Made by a program: the position numbers and the translations under genes
Assembly: GCF_007845645.1 (NCBI RefSeq)
Contig: NZ_VCQV01000002.1
Coordinates: 111,702 to 175,701 of the forward strand
Direction of reading: 5' to 3'
Length of the DNA: 64,000 nucleotides
Source: Leekyejoonella antrihumi
Lineage (GTDB): Bacteria; Actinomycetota; Actinomycetes; Actinomycetales; Dermatophilaceae
The notes under the pieces: generated by a model
Databases searched by the model: none
Told to the model about the DNA's origin: nothing
The model's input: the letters and a program-made list of their open reading frames with translations, nothing else
Shown here: positions 36,610 through 47,000 of the stretch, piece after piece
How positions within the stretch are numbered: the first letter of the stretch is position 1
How the letters are laid out: every line of letters starts with the position of its first letter

Positions 36610-37362
36610 CTAGGCCGTGTGGGCGTGGCGGCGCAAGAAGGTGCGCACGGCCGCCCGGAACTCACCCAGCGACACCGACGGCATCACCTCGGCCCGCTGC
36701 ACCGACTGGTCGCCCCTGGTGACCAGCGCGATCGCCTCCTTGGCGGACGTGACGGCGGCCGGGGGATAGGTGGCGATCTTGGCGGCAAGCCGCTGCGCAG
36801 TGGTGCGTGCCGTGCCGTCCGCGACGACCCGCGAGATCAGGCCCGTCGAATGGGCCTCGTCCGCCCGCAACAACCGCCCGGTCAGGTAGAGGTCCGAGGC
36901 GAGCGTGGCACCGGTCTTGGCCGTGATCCGCTCGACGAACGCGGGCGAGGCGAGGATCCCCAGGCGAGCAATCGGCATACCGATACGGGCCGACATGCCA
37001 AGGACCGCGAGGTCGCAGGCCAGCGCGAGCTGACATCCCGCCCCGATCGCGGCACCCTCGACGGCGGCAATGACCGGCACCGGCGCCCGCTCGATGGTCC
37101 GGAAGCAGTGCTCCATCGCGGTGAAGCATCGGTTCACGGCGGCCAGGTCGGCATCTTCCCACTCCGCCATGTCGAACCCCGTGCTGAATGTCTCCCCGTG
37201 CCCGGACAGCACCACGGCGCGTATGCCGTCCGCCTGGGCCGCCGACGTCACCTCCTGGGCCAGCCGACCCCAGTCGGCCTCGCCCAGGGCGTTGTTGCGA
37301 TGCGCATCACCGACGACGATCGTGACGACGCCCCCCGCGCGCCCGACCGTGATGGTGCTCAT
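36610..37362 (-). CDS. enoyl-CoA hydratase/isomerase (crotonase) family protein
   Basis: The oxyanion-hole pattern AVVLSGHGETFSTGFD...AAVEGAAIGAGCQLALACD matches the crotonase fold. Confidence 0.85.
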   Translation of the reverse strand: MSTITVGRAGGVVTIVVGDAHRNNALGEADWGRLAQEVTSAAQADGIRAVVLSGHGETFSTGFDMAEWEDADLAAVNRCFTAMEHCFRTIERAPVPVIAAVEGAAIGAGCQLALACDLAVLGMSARIGMPIARLGILASPAFVERITAKTGATLASDLYLTGRLLRADEAHSTGLISRVVADGTARTTAQRLAAKIATYPPAAVTSAKEAIALVTRGDQSVQRAEVMPSVSLGEFRAAVRTFLRRHAHTA

Positions 37363-37567
37363 GCATGGTCCGCAGTGGTTGCACGACGCCGTGCAGCCGG
37401 CTTGCCCACTGTGACCTGCAACTGCACTCTGGGCTCCTTGATCTGCGCGATGTGGTTGATCGACGGTCCGTCCTGGCGAGGATCCAGTCTTGTCGCCAGG
37501 GTGGAGTGCGTCAAGAAATCAAAGCACGGTCGGCTGAGAGACCGCTGCGCCGACGAGTACATCCGGG

Positions 37568-39178
37568 TCACGACTGCGACTCGGCGGGATCCGGGGAGGA
37601 GCGTTGGTCGGCGAGCAGCGCGACATGCAAGGAGACCCGGATGTCGGGGTCGTCCAGGTCGACGCCGAGCAGCCGCTCGGCCTTCGCGAGCCGGTCATAG
37701 AACGCCGGCCGGGACAGGTGGATACTGGCGGCGGCCTCGGACTTGCTGCCGGGATGCTGCAGCAGCGCCCAGATGGCATCGAGCAGTCGACTGCCCTCTC
37801 GCGCGTCGTGTGCCTTCAGAGCGTCGAGCTCGCGGCCCACGAAGAGCTGCAGCCGGTCATCGTCGGCCAGCAGGGTCAGCAGGCCGCGCAGGTGCACGTC
37901 CTCCAGCCAGTGCACGGCCCGGTCCGTCGTCTCGCGCGTCACCGACTCCGCCACGTGCTGCGCCTCGCGCAGGGTGCGGTCGATCTCCCCGGCCTGCACC
38001 GCTGCTCGGCCCGCCGCGACGATCACCTCGCGCCGGTGAGCGATCGACTTGGCCAGGTTCTCGGCGGCACGGACCGAGTCGGCCGTCGGCGGTATCGCGA
38101 TGAGGACTCGGATGTCCCTGTCGATCTCGCACACCAGCGCGGGGACCCGCATGCGGTGCGCACCACGCACGACGGAGGCGATGACCTCGTCCACGAAGCC
38201 GTCCGGAAGGCGGGCGCGGCCGCCCGTGCTGACCCGTGGTCTCAGCGTGAGGCCGATGAACTTGCGCTTGACCGTAGGCAGTCCGGCCAGGTCGCAGCGT
38301 CGGAGCAGCTCGGGATCGGTCGGGTCCAGGAGCAGCGCGACAAGCAGCTCATGGTGGGTGCGGCGGGCCAGGCTGTCCCGGTGGCGGTCGTGCAGCCGGT
38401 GCAGGGCTAGTGCGGCGGCCGCGCGCTCCGCCGTCGCGATGAGACGTTGCGGCGGCTCCGTCGGCGTCTGGACGACCAGGCGCCCCCAGCCCCGGCCCTT
38501 GCGTCCGAGCCGGGTGACCAACCATCCGCTCGCCTGGTCCCACGAGGTGCGGCCCTCCAGGTGCACCCGACGAGACCGGATCTGCCAGTCGGCGAGGAAG
38601 TCGGTGATGTCACCCGGGCCGGCTCGGTAGTCCAGAACGCGGTGCTCCTCGTTTTCGAGGACGACGGCGGCGCCGGAGAGCCGCTGCACGGCCTCGAGGA
38701 TCTCGCGCGGGCCGGCCTCGGCGATGCTGAGCTCAGTGAAGGTGTCATGGACGCGCTGGGCCTCCCGCAGCTCGGCCAGCTGCTCATCGACGATGCGCTC
38801 ACCGACGGCCTGCGCGATGGACGCAAACCGCGCCTCGCGCGTCAGGGCCACGAGAGGCATCGCGAGCTGGTCACACGCCTGCGCCAGAGCGTGCGGGACC
38901 TGCGACCAGCGCCGGCCCAGCTCGATCAGCAGACCGGCGGCCTCACTGTCGCCGAGGCTCATGGCGAAGGCTCGCAGGTCGTCGTCGCTGTCCGGCAGGG
39001 CGATGCCGGTGGTCAGCACCAGGTCGCCGCCGCGCAGCAGGGGAGCGATGTCGGCCAGCTCGGTGGTGTGCACCCAGCGCACGGTCCTGCGCAGGCCGTC
39101 GCCGCCGGCCAGCACTCGTGGTCCCGCGCTGCGCACCATGGGCATCCGCAGCACGTCGGCAACGGTCAGCGCAGGCAT
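37568..39178 (-). CDS. PucR/CdaR-family transcriptional regulator
   Basis: Start reassigned to the ATG at 39176-39178. N-terminal GGDLVLTTG purine-catabolism-regulator-like domain. The C-terminal PucR HTH HLSRPAFYDRLAKAERLLGVDLDDP matches the PucR_C consensus. Confidence 0.8.
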   Translation of the reverse strand: MPALTVADVLRMPMVRSAGPRVLAGGDGLRRTVRWVHTTELADIAPLLRGGDLVLTTGIALPDSDDDLRAFAMSLGDSEAAGLLIELGRRWSQVPHALAQACDQLAMPLVALTREARFASIAQAVGERIVDEQLAELREAQRVHDTFTELSIAEAGPREILEAVQRLSGAAVVLENEEHRVLDYRAGPGDITDFLADWQIRSRRVHLEGRTSWDQASGWLVTRLGRKGRGWGRLVVQTPTEPPQRLIATAERAAAALALHRLHDRHRDSLARRTHHELLVALLLDPTDPELLRRCDLAGLPTVKRKFIGLTLRPRVSTGGRARLPDGFVDEVIASVVRGAHRMRVPALVCEIDRDIRVLIAIPPTADSVRAAENLAKSIAHRREVIVAAGRAAVQAGEIDRTLREAQHVAESVTRETTDRAVHWLEDVHLRGLLTLLADDDRLQLFVGRELDALKAHDAREGSRLLDAIWALLQHPGSKSEAAASIHLSRPAFYDRLAKAERLLGVDLDDPDIRVSLHVALLADQRSSPDPAESQS

Positions 39179-39209
39179 GGCGCGTCCTTTCGGCTCTTCC
39201 TGGATTGTG

Positions 39210-39255
39210 CCGACATAGTGTCGGGATGGAGATAACAATCCTACAGAGTGTCGGG
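39210..39255. promoter_or_regulatory. direct repeat ACA[T/G]AGTGTCGGG (x2, 30-bp spacing), the first copy inside the palindrome CCGACATAGTGTCGG, in the pucR/mmsA divergent intergenic region
   Basis: 39213-39225 acatagtgtcggg and 39243-39255 acagagtgtcggg. The 15-bp palindrome spans 39210-39224. It lies 32 nt from the PucR start and ~60 nt from the mmsA start. Confidence 0.35.
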
Positions 39256-39312
39256 CCTCGTCGGTCGCCACGAGCCACACCATGGGAGTCCTACGACACA
39301 AAGGAGACCTCG

Positions 39313-40827
39313 ATGAGCAAGGTGATCTCGCACTGGTTCGACGGAGCGGAGTCCCAGGGCACCGCACAGCGGTGGGCGGATGTCACCAATCCGGCGACCG
39401 GGCAGGTGACGGGTCGGCTTGCGCTGGCCGGCAAAGACGATGCCGACGCAGTGATTGCGTCTGCCGTCCGGGCGAGTGAGGCGTGGGCGAATACCTCGCT
39501 GGCGCGGCGGACCCAGGTCATCTTCGCCTTCCGGGAGCTGCTCAGCGCGCGCAAGGACGAGCTCGCCGAGCTGATCACCGCCGAGCACGGCAAGGTGCAC
39601 TCGGATGCGTTGGGCGAGATCGCGCGCGGACTCGAGGTCGTGGAGCTCGCGTGCGGGATCTCCCAGCTGCTCAAGGGTGACTTCTCCGAGAACGCATCCA
39701 CCGGGATCGACGTGCACTCCGTGCGGGCACCCCTTGGGGTCGTCGGCATCATCAGCCCGTTCAACTTCCCGGCCATGGTGCCGATGTGGTTCTTCCCGGT
39801 CGCCCTCGCCGCCGGCAACGCCGTCGTGCTCAAGCCGAGCGAGAAGGACCCGTCGGCCTCGATCTGGATGGCCAAGCTCTGGCAGGAGGCCGGACTGCCG
39901 GACGGCGTCTTCAACGTGTTGCAGGGCGACAAGACCGCCGTCGACGCACTGCTGACCAGCCCGGACGTCGATGCGATCAGCTTTGTCGGATCCACCCCGA
40001 TCGCCCAGTACGTCTATGAGCAGGCGAGCAACCACGGCAAGCGGGTCCAGGCACTGGGTGGCGCCAAGAACCATATGGTCGTCCTGCCCGACGCCGACCT
40101 GGACGCGGCCGCCGATGCCGCGGTGAACGCCGGATACGGCAGCGCGGGGGAGCGCTGCATGGCCATCAGTGTGCTGGTCGCCGTCGAGCCGATCGCCGAC
40201 GACCTCATCGCTCGCATCGCCGAGCGCACCGGCACGCTCGTGATCGGCGATGGCCGCCCGACGGACGAGAAGGAGGTCGACATGGGGCCGCTCGTCACCA
40301 AGGCCCACCGGGATCGCGTGGCGGGCTTCATCGACTCCGGCGAGAAGGCCGGCGCAAAGGTCGTCATCGACGGCCGTGAGGTCAAGCCGCGTGGTGACAA
40401 GGACGGATTCTGGTTGGGCCCAACGCTCTTCGACCATGTGACGGAAGACATGGACATATACACCGAGGAGATCTTCGGGCCGGTCCTGTCGGTGATCCGG
40501 GTCGAGACGTTCGAGGAGGCCGTCCAGCTGATCAACCGCAACGAGTACGGAAACGGCACCGCGGTCTTCACCAACGACGGTGGCGCCGCGCGACGCTTCT
40601 CCCGCGAGGTGCAGGTCGGGATGGTCGGTGTGAACGTGCCGATCCCGGTCCCTGTCGCCTACCACTCCTTCGGCGGCTGGAAGCGCTCGCTCTTCGGCGA
40701 CACGCACGCCTACGGCACCGAGGGCGTGCACTTCTTCACCCGCTCGAAGGTCATCACCTCCCGCTGGCCGGACCCGGGCACCCGTCATGAGGGCGGTCTC
40801 GAGCTGGGGTTCCCGCAAAATGACTGA
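39313..40827 (+). CDS. mmsA: methylmalonate-semialdehyde dehydrogenase (CoA-acylating)
   Basis: ~505-aa ALDH with catalytic Cys context GERCMA and NAD-binding GSTPIAQYVYEQAS. The family-typical SHWFDG N-terminus is present. RBS AAGGAGA. Confidence 0.85.
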   Translation: MSKVISHWFDGAESQGTAQRWADVTNPATGQVTGRLALAGKDDADAVIASAVRASEAWANTSLARRTQVIFAFRELLSARKDELAELITAEHGKVHSDALGEIARGLEVVELACGISQLLKGDFSENASTGIDVHSVRAPLGVVGIISPFNFPAMVPMWFFPVALAAGNAVVLKPSEKDPSASIWMAKLWQEAGLPDGVFNVLQGDKTAVDALLTSPDVDAISFVGSTPIAQYVYEQASNHGKRVQALGGAKNHMVVLPDADLDAAADAAVNAGYGSAGERCMAISVLVAVEPIADDLIARIAERTGTLVIGDGRPTDEKEVDMGPLVTKAHRDRVAGFIDSGEKAGAKVVIDGREVKPRGDKDGFWLGPTLFDHVTEDMDIYTEEIFGPVLSVIRVETFEEAVQLINRNEYGNGTAVFTNDGGAARRFSREVQVGMVGVNVPIPVPVAYHSFGGWKRSLFGDTHAYGTEGVHFFTRSKVITSRWPDPGTRHEGGLELGFPQND

Positions 40828-42169
40828 GCGGAGCACGGACCTGGCCGGCGCGGAGCGGGCCTACGAGCTGGATCGCCGGCATGTCTTCCACTCGTGGTCG
40901 GCCCAGGAGAAGCTCGACCCGATGGTGGTCACCAAGGCCGAGGGTGCCTACGTGTGGGACGGTGCCGGCAACCGATACCTCGACTTCGCCTCGCAACTGG
41001 TCTTCACCAACCTGGGTCACCAGCACCCGAAGGTGGTGCGGGCGATCCAGGAGCAGGCGGCGATCCTGTGCACCATTGCGCCGGGCACCGTCAACGATGC
41101 GCGGTCCGAGGCTGCCCGGCTCATCTCGACGCACACGCCGGATGGGCTGGACCGGATGTTCTTCACGAACGGTGGCGCGGACGCGAACGAGCACGCCATC
41201 CGGATGGCCCGGCTGCATACCGGCCGACCGAAGGTGCTGTCGAGATATCGCTCCTACCACGGGGGCACGCATCTGGCCGTCAACGTCACGGGCGACCCGA
41301 GGCGCTGGGCGAGCGATGCCGCCGCCGACGGGGTAGTTCACTTCTTCGGGCCGTTCCTCTATCGCAGCGCCTTCTCGGCGACCACGCAGGAGGAGGAGTG
41401 CGAGCGTGCGCTCGCCCATCTGGAGCAGGTGATCCAGCTCGAGGGGCCCTCGACGATCGCCGCGATCCTGCTCGAGTCGATTCCGGGGACGGCCGGGATC
41501 ATGGTGCCGCCGCCGGGCTACCTACGCGGTGTCCGCGAGCTGTGTGACCGCCACGGCATCATGTTCATCGCCGACGAGGTGATGTCCGGATTCGGCCGGG
41601 CGGGCAAGTGGTTCGCGGTCGAGCACGACGACGTGGTCCCGGACCTGATGACCTTCGCCAAGGGCGTCAACTCCGGCTATGCTCCGCTCGGTGGCGTCGC
41701 GATCGGCGAGCCGATCTATCGCACCTTCGCCGAACGGGTCTACCCCGGCGGGCTGACCTACTCCGGTCATCCGCTGGCGTGCGCGGCAGCGGTCGCGACC
41801 ATTCACGCGATGGAGGACGAGGGCGTCGTCGAGCATGCCGAGCGGCTGGGGCGCGAGGTCCTCGGCCCGGGGCTGCAGGCACTCGCGGGCAAGCATGAGT
41901 GGATCGGGGAGGTGCGTGGCACGGGCGCATTCTGGGCACTGGAGCTCGTGTCCGACCGCGCGACAAGGGAGCCGCTCGCACCGTATGGCGCAAGCAGCCC
42001 GGAAATGGCGGCCATCCTTGCGGCCTGCAAGACGCGTGGCCTGCTGCCGATGGCCAACTTCAATCGGATCCACTGCGTGCCACCGCTCAACACCTCGGTC
42101 GATGAGGCACGTGAGGGGCTGGCGATCCTCGACGAGGCTCTCACCGAGGCGCGAACCTCGGCGGGGTAG
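40820..42169 (+). CDS. class III (omega) aminotransferase, beta-alanine/beta-aminoisobutyrate--pyruvate type
   Basis: Class III AT fold. DEVMSGFGRAGKWFAVE...FAKGVNSGYAPLGG carries the PLP-binding Lys. The start ATG overlaps the mmsA stop (ATGACTGA). Confidence 0.85.
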   Translation: MTERSTDLAGAERAYELDRRHVFHSWSAQEKLDPMVVTKAEGAYVWDGAGNRYLDFASQLVFTNLGHQHPKVVRAIQEQAAILCTIAPGTVNDARSEAARLISTHTPDGLDRMFFTNGGADANEHAIRMARLHTGRPKVLSRYRSYHGGTHLAVNVTGDPRRWASDAAADGVVHFFGPFLYRSAFSATTQEEECERALAHLEQVIQLEGPSTIAAILLESIPGTAGIMVPPPGYLRGVRELCDRHGIMFIADEVMSGFGRAGKWFAVEHDDVVPDLMTFAKGVNSGYAPLGGVAIGEPIYRTFAERVYPGGLTYSGHPLACAAAVATIHAMEDEGVVEHAERLGREVLGPGLQALAGKHEWIGEVRGTGAFWALELVSDRATREPLAPYGASSPEMAAILAACKTRGLLPMANFNRIHCVPPLNTSVDEAREGLAILDEALTEARTSAG

Positions 42170-42293
42170 CGCCGCCCACCCGTCAACAGCGGACATACAG
42201 GCAACTGCCAGGCTGGGCACGGAACGGTTCCATACCGTCGATTGGCGACGCTCGACGCACCGTTCGGGCCCCCGATATGGGCGGAGGCCGGAC

Positions 42294-43538
42294 TTGGCAC
42301 ACAGAAAGACCTCGCGGCGGGTACGTCGGCGCAGGACCTTGCTGGGGCTGGCGATCATCGTCGTCATCGCGCTGGGGCTGGGCGTGGTGGCCTATGTTCA
42401 TCTTGACAGCAACCTGCGCACCCTGAGGCTGACCGGCGGCGGGTCGGAGCACGCGAACAGCGCGGGCGCCACCCCGATCAACGTCCTGGTGATCGGCTCG
42501 GACACTCGGGCGAGCTCGGCCGACTGCAAGCTGGGCGGAGACTGCAGCGCGCAGGCCAGTACCTCCACCGATGCGACGTCGGTGGGCGCCAACGCCGATG
42601 TCGAGATGCTGGTGCACATCTCGGCCGATCGCAGCAACGCCACGGTCATGAGCATCCCGAGGGACACAGTCGTCGACCTGCCGGCCTGCACGAACCCGAC
42701 CACGGGCGCGACCGTGCCGGCGCACCGCGATCGCATCAACAGCACGTTCGCGAATGGTCCGAGCTGCACCGTCTCCGCCATCCATCGGCTGACCGGTGTG
42801 CCGATCGATCACTTCATGGTCATTGACTTCGCCGGGGTAGTGCGGATGTCCGATGCGGTTGGTGGGGTGAAGGTGTGTGTGAACCAGAACGTCTACGACC
42901 CCTATTCCCACCTGAAGCTGGCCAAGGGGTCGCACACTCTGACCGGCCTTGCCGCCTTGGAGTTCCTGCGCACCAGACACGGATTCGGCGATGGAAGTGA
43001 CCTCGGGCGAGAGGCCGCCCAGCATCTGTTCCTGGCCGCGATGCTGCGCCAGATGGAGCAGGCCTCGACGCTGGCCAACCCGGTGAAGGTGTATGAGCTG
43101 GCCGATGCCGCCACCAAGGCGATCACCGTCGATCCGGGACTGGGCAGTGTCAAGGACCTGGCCTCCCTGGCCTACCAGGTCAACAAGGTGCCGGGCAGCC
43201 ACACGACCTTCATCACGATGCCCACGATCCCCAACCCGCAGAACTCGGCGACGGTGATCCCCGGTCCCACTGCCGCAGCGCTCTTTCGCGAGCTTGCCGC
43301 GGACATCTCGCTCACGCAGAAGAAGAAGGCTCGCTCCAGCACCGCTGCGCGCACGAGCGCGGCGACGCACCCGAGCGCGACCCCGAGCGCCTCATCCAAC
43401 AGCGACCGCACGACCGTCACGGCGGCGACCGGATGCGCCCAGGTGAGCACTCAGGGCACGGTGACGGTGAATGGTCAGGTGATGACGCCGACGCAGGCGT
43501 ATGCCGCAAGTCCACGCGTGCCGGTGTCGGCGCCCTGA
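42294..43538 (+). CDS. LytR-CpsA-Psr (LCP) family cell-wall glycopolymer transferase
   Basis: Basic cytoplasmic tail and single TM (RRVRRRRTLLGLAIIVVIALGLGVVAYV). The LCP core is NVLVIGSDTR...DVEMLVHISADRSNATVMSIPRDT. The start is uncertain (TTG at 42294 proposed); the ORF-track N-terminus overlaps the upstream gene. Confidence 0.75.
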   Translation: MAHRKTSRRVRRRRTLLGLAIIVVIALGLGVVAYVHLDSNLRTLRLTGGGSEHANSAGATPINVLVIGSDTRASSADCKLGGDCSAQASTSTDATSVGANADVEMLVHISADRSNATVMSIPRDTVVDLPACTNPTTGATVPAHRDRINSTFANGPSCTVSAIHRLTGVPIDHFMVIDFAGVVRMSDAVGGVKVCVNQNVYDPYSHLKLAKGSHTLTGLAALEFLRTRHGFGDGSDLGREAAQHLFLAAMLRQMEQASTLANPVKVYELADAATKAITVDPGLGSVKDLASLAYQVNKVPGSHTTFITMPTIPNPQNSATVIPGPTAAALFRELAADISLTQKKKARSSTAARTSAATHPSATPSASSNSDRTTVTAATGCAQVSTQGTVTVNGQVMTPTQAYAASPRVPVSAP

Positions 43539-43592
43539 CCGAGGGAGCGCCAACTGGTTCACGGTCCGAACTAGCGAGCGTAGGCTGGGGCC

Positions 43593-44048
43593 GTGACCAT
43601 GGAGTCCCACCTTCTCGAGATCGACGCAGTGCGTGCCTTGACACGGGCCGCCCGGCTGATGGAGCGTGCGGCGGGTGACTTGACGCTCGCGCAGTATCGC
43701 GTCCTGTCCGCAGTTGCCGAAGGCACCAGCCGAGCGTCCCGACTGGCGAACCGCCTTGCGCTGGGCAAGCCGGCCGTCAGCGGCCTTGTCGACGCTCTGT
43801 GCCACAAGGGAATGCTGCGCCGCGGCGCCGTGCCCGATGACCTGCGTGCCGTGACCCTGACCTTGACCGACGAGGGCGGGGCCGCGCTACTCGCCGCCGA
43901 GGCCGGGATGAGCGCCGAGCTGCGCACACTGGCCGGATTCGCCGACGACCCGGCCGGGCTGATCGTGGGGATTGCCCGCCTCGGTGCGGCGATCGAGGCG
44001 GCCGCACAGGTGTCCGACGAACCGCTGACCACGGGCACGCGGCGGTGA
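43593..44048 (+). CDS. MarR-family transcriptional regulator
   Basis: wHTH LTLAQYRVLSAVAEGTSRASRLANRLALGKPAVSGLVDALCHKGMLRR; 151 aa. Its stop overlaps the ABC gene's GTG start (GTGA). Confidence 0.85.
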   Translation: MTMESHLLEIDAVRALTRAARLMERAAGDLTLAQYRVLSAVAEGTSRASRLANRLALGKPAVSGLVDALCHKGMLRRGAVPDDLRAVTLTLTDEGGAALLAAEAGMSAELRTLAGFADDPAGLIVGIARLGAAIEAAAQVSDEPLTTGTRR

Positions 44049-47000
44049 CCGCGACCGACCAGTTGACCACGCTGCGTGGCGGAACGACCGCGGGCAGCCC
44101 GGACGTCGGTTGGGTGCGCCGCCTGCTCAGTTGCGTCTTGCAGCATCGCCGCGACGCTGCTCTGGCCTTCGGTGCAGCGATCGTGGGCGGCCTGCTGCAG
44201 GTCGCGGTCCCGCTCATCGCCCGCGAGATCGTCGACAAGGTCATCATCGCGCGCACCTCACCGCTCTGGCCGTGGCTGACTCTGCTCGCCGTGGTCGCGC
44301 TCGCCGCCTTCGGCTGCTCCTACGTGCGGCGCTATCGCGGTGGCAGGGTGTCGCTGAGCGTGCAGTGGGACCTGCGCAACCGGATGCACGACCACCTGCA
44401 GCAGATGGACCTGACGACCTTGGGCACCATGCCGACCGGCCAGCTGGTGGCCCGTGCCAACTCCGACTCGACGCTCGTGCAGGCACTGCTTGGCTTCTTT
44501 CCCATCGTCAGCGGCAACGCCCTGCTGATGGTGCTGTCACTGGTCGTGATGTTCATCCTGTCGCCGCTGCTCGCGCTCGTCGCGATGGTGGTTGCCCCCG
44601 CCCTGCTGATCGTGTCCTACCGAATGCGCACCAAGGTCTTTCCCGCGAGCTGGGACGGCCAGCAGCGTGAGGGGGACGTGGCACAGATCGTCGACGAGGA
44701 CGTCACCGGCGTCCGCGTGGTCAAGGCATTCGGCCAGGAGCATCGCGAGCTGCAACGAATCGTCCAGGCATCCGAGCGTCTCTACGGCTCCCGGATGCGC
44801 GCGGTTCGGCTGCAGGCCCGATACCAGCCGCTGATGGAGGCGGTGCCGGTCCTCGGACAGGTCGCGGTCCTCGCCGTCGGTGGCGCGATGGCGCTGCACG
44901 GAGCGCTGAGCATCGGCACCTTCTTGGCCTTCTCGACCTACGTCGCCGCGTTCGTCGCGCCGGCCCGACAGCTTGCCGGCATCCTGACGATCGGGCAGCA
45001 GGCCCGCGCCGGTGTCGAGCGGATCTTCCAGCTGCTGGAGACCGAGCCGACGATCACGGACCCGGCCGATGGGGCATCGCTCGGCGTGCTGTCCGGCGAG
45101 CTCTCCTGGCAGGACGTCACCTTCGGGTACGCCGAGCCCGGGCATCCCCAGGGAGAGCCGGCCGAACACCGCGTCCTCGACGGCTTCAGCCTGCACGTGA
45201 GTCCGGGTGAGCGGGTCGCGCTCGTCGGGGCCAGCGGGAGCGGCAAGTCCACGGCGGCGTTGATGCTCTCCCGCTTCCATGACCCACAGCGCGGCACAGT
45301 GCTGGTCGACGGGGTGGATGTGCGCACTGTCCGGCTGCCCGACCTGCGCAGCCAGATCGCCTACGCCTTCGAGGACAGCTTCCTCTTCTCCGACACCGTC
45401 GGCGCCAACATCGCGTATGGCCGGCCCGGCGCCTCCGTCGACGAGGTGGCCGAAGCGGCACGGGTCGCCTGTGCGGACGAGTTCATCAGCGCCCTTCCCC
45501 AGGGTTATGACACCCCGATCGGGGAGCGGGGGATGACCCTGTCCGGTGGGCAGCGACAGCGGATCGCGTTGGCCCGCGCGGTCCTTGCCGACCCGGCGGT
45601 GCTGGTGCTGGACGACGCCACCAGCGCGGTGGATGCGGGCACCGAGGAGCGGATCCTGGGCGGACTGCGGCAGGTCCTCACCGAGCGGACCACCCTGCTG
45701 GTGGCGCACCGCGTTTCGACGCTGCGCCTGGCCGACCGGGTGGTGCTGGTCGAGCAGGGACGGACCACCGAGACCGGCACCCACGAGGAGCTGATGCAGC
45801 GCAGCCGGCGCTACCGGGAGCTGGTGTCCGGGCTGGACGTCGAACCCACCGGCCGGGTCGACGGCCGTATCGAGACGCTTGCCCAGCTGACCGCCCAGGG
45901 ACGCACCGACGCCGCGTGGACCCGGCAGGCCGCAACCCCGGAGCCGACCGGCAACGTGCGACCGCTGAACGCGCCAGGCCTCGGTGGCGGCCTCGGTGGC
46001 GGCGGGGGTGGTTGGCGGCTCGCGCTGGCCCCGACTCCGGACCTGCTCGCGCGGGTCGACTCACTGCCAAGAGTCCGCGACTTCCCGACCGTCGACGTCG
46101 GGGTGGAGTCGCGGCAAGACCGTGACTTCTCGCTGCGGCGCCTTTTGCGCGAGTTTCGTCGACCGCTGTTACTGGCACTGGTTTTCGTTGTGCTTGACGC
46201 TGTCGCAGGGCTGGCCGGACCAGCACTGGTGAAGGTCGGCGTGGATGACGGGGTGGTCGCGGGGTCCGGCCACGTGCTGATGATCGCCACGCTGATCTTC
46301 CTGGGCGCGACGCTTATCGCCGCGGTCAACGGCGCAGCCGAGACGTTCGTGGTCGGACGGGTGGCCGAGCGACTCATGCTGTCCCTGCGAGTGCGCATCT
46401 GGGCGCAGCTGCAGCGCATGTCCCTGGACTACTACGAGCGCGAGATGGCCGGTCGGATCATGACCCGGATGACCACGGACGTCGACTCGTTCGAGAATCT
46501 GGTCGAGAACGGGCTGCTGAATGCGCTGGTTGCGGCGGTGACCTTCGTCGGAGTAGGCGCCGCGCTGCTCGTGCTCGACCTGCCGCTGGGTCTGGCCACG
46601 CTGAGCGTCGTGATCCCCTTGGTCTTTGCGACGATCGCGTTCCGCCGTCGGGCCGCCAGCCTCTATACGGTGGCGCGCGAGCGCATCGCCATCGTGAACG
46701 CCGACTTCCAGGAGAGCCTGTCGGGCATCCGGGAGTCGCAGGCATTCGCCCACGAGGAGCTGACCGCCCAGCGGTTCCAGCGGTTGGGCCGCGACTACCT
46801 CGAGTCCCGGGTGGCCGCTCAGCGGCTCGTCGCGACCTACTTCCCCTTCGTCCAGCTGCTGTCGGCAGTCGCCGATGTCGTCGTGCTCGGGCTCGGCGCG
46901 ACACTGATCGAGCATGGGCACCTGACCACCGGCGCACTGATCGCGTTCCTGCTCTACATCAACATGTTCTTCTCACCGATCCAGCAGCTGTCCCAGGTCT

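Noticed and set aside
36496-38410. 535-aa and 268-aa + ORFs
   Set aside because: Antisense to the enoyl-CoA hydratase and PucR regulator genes; Arg/Pro/Gly-rich.
39241-40836. 531-aa minus ORF
   Set aside because: Antisense to mmsA (clear ALDH motifs on +).
42183-43370. 395-aa minus ORF
   Set aside because: Antisense to the LCP gene; Arg/His/Gly-rich.
44537-46921. 415-aa, 250-aa and other minus ORFs inside the ABC exporter
   Set aside because: Antisense shadows of a gene with two complete sets of Walker A, signature and Walker B motifs.
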